The position numbers were made by a program, and so were the translations under genes. From positions 383,420-447,419 of the forward strand of contig JAVHQC010000022.1 in the NCBI GenBank assembly GCA_036170915.1: DNA of 64,000 bases, in the 5' to 3' direction. Numbering within the stretch: position 1 is the stretch's first letter; each line of letters starts with the position of its first letter. Below the pieces are notes generated by a model. The model was not told the origin of the DNA, ran no database searches, and saw only the letters and a list, made by a program, of their open reading frames with translations. Positions 63,758 to 64,000 of the stretch are shown here, piece after piece. This stretch comes from Cyanobacteria bacterium auto_48_18. GTDB lineage: Bacteria; Cyanobacteriota; Vampirovibrionia; Obscuribacterales; Obscuribacteraceae.

Positions 63758-64000
63758 ATGAGCGAGCTTTCTGACAATACCGTCGCGTTTCAGACCGGCT
63801 CTGAAGCTTCAGTAATTTATGAGCCTGGCGATATCGTGGGCGAAGACTATATTTTGCTCGCTGTTCTAGCGCGCGGTGGCATGGGAGTTTTGTTTACGGC
63901 GCGCCACCGGCAAATGGATACAGATCGTATTTTCGCCCTAAAGCTTTTAGAGCCGTCACAGTTGACAGGCGTCAACTGGCGTCGCTTCGAGATTGAGGGC
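63758..64000 (+). CDS. Ser/Thr kinase N-terminus, cut by the window edge (not in the ORF track)
   Basis: MSELSDN...EPGDIVGEDYILLAVLARGGMG...FALKLL...NWRRFEIEG, open to the end; matches the N-lobes of the other two kinases. Confidence 0.85.
   Translation, partial: MSELSDNTVAFQTGSEASVIYEPGDIVGEDYILLAVLARGGMGVLFTARHRQMDTDRIFALKLLEPSQLTGVNWRRFEIEG

Overview
Gene-dense bacterial chromosomal window using standard code 11. The repertoire (Ser/Thr kinase-TM-LRR proteins, matrixin-TonB fusion, many secreted TPR proteins, patatin, DUF2339 paralogs) suggests non-photosynthetic Cyanobacteriota such as Obscuribacterales/Vampirovibrionia; this is an inference only. Housekeeping genes (M1 aminopeptidase, transketolase, thrB) are mixed with stress and signalling modules: pirin/MhqR-like MarR, a biliverdin-type bacteriophytochrome kinase, a CpxRA/CpxP-like trio, ArsR-SRPBCC, Hsp20-YfdX, a class A beta-lactamase and a Fic protein. 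Four observations stand out. (1) The ORFs 58742-59002 and 57641-58726 are one reading frame interrupted by a single UGA at the selenocysteine position of a selenoprotein-N-like thioredoxin motif, followed by a SECIS-like hairpin: a probable unannotated secreted 453-aa selenoprotein. (2) A roughly 0.7-kb cassette (promoter, ~70-nt structured RNA, terminator, NYN RNase gene with an internal deletion) is bracketed by a duplicated 3' end of the neighbouring gene, a type III toxin-antitoxin-like layout. (3) Three tandem paralogous secreted His/Asp-rich proteins, two of which share an ECF-sigma-like promoter and leader. (4) A stand-alone methyltransferase resembling the Fe-dependent AprA MT1 domain. 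No rRNA, tRNA, CRISPR array, transposase or integrase was recognised. All family assignments come from motif recognition by eye; no searches were run.
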